The notes beneath the pieces were generated by a model. The model was not told where the DNA came from. It worked only from the letters and a program-made list of their open reading frames with translations, and ran no database searches. Source: Patescibacteria group bacterium (GTDB lineage: Bacteria > Patescibacteriota > Patescibacteriia > Magasanikbacterales > GWA2-37-8). From it: a stretch of 44,042 nucleotides of DNA. The DNA lies in NCBI GenBank assembly GCA_004321885.1, contig SCQK01000008.1, positions 1 through 44,042 on the forward strand, given 5' to 3'. This document shows positions 43,901 to 44,042 of the stretch, in pieces. A program made the position numbers and the translations under genes. Positions within the stretch are counted from its first letter, which is position 1; the number at the start of each line of letters is the position of its first letter.

Positions 43901-44042
43901 ATATTTTTCATCTACTGTGAATGGCAAAGCCAACGGCACCCAAGACGCGGGCGAGGGCGGGGGCATCATACCGGCGGCCAACACCCCCACCATTTCCAAT
44001 GTCGCCACTTCCTCGCCCACACCCTCGTCAATCACCATTACC
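40980..44042 (+). CDS. Very large secreted/surface protein of more than 1020 aa; partial, continuing past the window end. It is Thr/Ser/Asn-rich with internal modules of about 110 aa (…F(I/V)GPDGT…YFT…RYF(K/Q)YK…L…) and a possible Fn3-like segment.
   Basis: The frame is open from the ATG at 40980 (or 40989) to 44042. N-terminal TM/signal (AAIASLVIITVLLNIF). The ORF track omitted it because it runs off the window edge. Confidence 0.7.
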   Translation, partial: MLRMLHSRHFRAAIASLVIITVLLNIFKPTPQNTAQAATYTFTQTSWSGGASTTAVAAHASDQSGWSKYDSSSNVAVSGNISLSLNSNLTFIDSGSPTSTGLATGGGFTNGVNSNTLVQGGVSTQADIKLATTSETQVNAWSNLSNLPFTCGQGGCSAFKSDDFPDFIYIHRGTNTDFSKYNIYDNTWTSLNAAPVTYLVGAITYLTGDSIAGQNFVNGDNLYFRGQSGYSNLWYKYNITGNAWSALQAPPAIPNCVQQSKNSDVILASNGTTGFYSYSVAQNSWSNLTAVPSTLGGGCWIFRGGLDNNVFVLGSNGALFRYSIGGNSWVTLNTAGGTVKGAVRNDSDDEIYASTWVVDLKKYSISSGQWTILDNGTVAAYDIWRHGKSDNVYRFARHVTNDPNTKKYSLANNSWANLGTDNIWNPFIKNHSDSEIYRINGGYTSNGFGKFVLSNQAFQSSGNFTSASIDAKGATYDGFFWSPTNTPSPAGAGALKFQVAANNDNSTWNFIGPDGTGSTYFTVTSSSLPVSVNNNRYFKYKAYLQTASTTVSPALYNVTLNYSTYSTSGNVTSSIYDSADPTNVIANIKWTTTTQPTGTAIKFQLRSASTTALLSSATFVGPDGTANTYFTDPTGAENTTTTMRDGVGDRYFQYKVFLTSDGTNTPTLDRVQVTYVVNASPEVQNVTAVANSDGTVSISYQVRDTDTDSGSPANQYKITPSFQYCPSGTGCQSITALSASSTEIKAVATSTWNTYYATWTPATDFPSTWDSNAMVKVIANDGEAANNTGSALSAGFTLDTGSPSSNSVTIYASSTPAALILNSSDTSTLYMKISLNSDLSGASWQAYTSTATISLATNPDTVYVRFKDAYNNQSSILSVATPESPASFMVQDNSNILNGATDYRLFLAWKKVSAPDPGFANYKLYRSTSTESSSFSLLSTIYDINTNYYFDTSTPYDTTLYYKVLTTDNSGNVSYFSSTVNGKANGTQDAGEGGGIIPAANTPTISNVATSSPTPSSITIT

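Noticed and set aside
1-44042. A CRISPR array.
   Set aside because: No regularly spaced direct repeats with unique spacers are present. The repeats here are palindromic, dispersed and irregularly spaced. The only paired direct repeats, DR1 and DR2, occur just twice and are 520 bp apart.

Overview
This 44 kb window looks like bacterial chromosome from a small-genome, uncultivated lineage; the gene content is consistent with a Patescibacteria/CPR-like organism, but that placement is only an impression. The basis is a compact rpsL-rpsG-fusA str operon with insertions in S12 and S7, a short ProS with no editing domain, a short pyruvate kinase, and very large secreted surface proteins. Genes are tightly packed and often overlap.

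Main blocks, left to right:
- A partial gene for a protein made of roughly 80-aa tandem repeats (1-1299, minus).
- An SPFH/band-7 gene.
- A DUF4430-like gene followed by a prenyltransferase/terpene-cyclase-repeat surface protein.
- A contiguous minus-strand thymidylate operon: dCMP deaminase, a P-loop kinase, dut, thyA, a DHFR-family gene and tmk.
- pyk, with a neighbouring protein that carries a PEP-utilizing 'mobile' domain.
- rplA, zupT, an MGMT-like gene, proS, trpS, rlmH, tgt and uvrD/pcrA.
- An AAA+/DUF4143 ATPase, a 786-aa AT-rich protein with a C-terminal GNAT-like fold, and a TrmB-family regulator.
- A roughly 2 kb non-coding, hairpin-dense stretch containing a near-consensus sigma70 promoter and a tRNA.
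- A GC-rich island at about 29.4-36.3 kb: a degraded IS256-family transposase, small ORFs, a MoxR-like AAA+ ATPase and a vWA protein.
- A degenerate HTH/Doc-like pair, then rpsL-rpsG-fusA.
- The 5' part of a very large surface protein of over 1000 aa.

The most striking property is saturation with several families of short palindromic, MITE-like elements. Many sit in-frame inside conserved genes (three in tgt, four in uvrD, others in trpS, proS and the DUF4430 gene), where they are translated as extra peptide loops. One family also flanks a GIY-YIG nuclease gene as terminal inverted repeats. All coordinates and calls come from reading the sequence by eye. No searches or folding were run.
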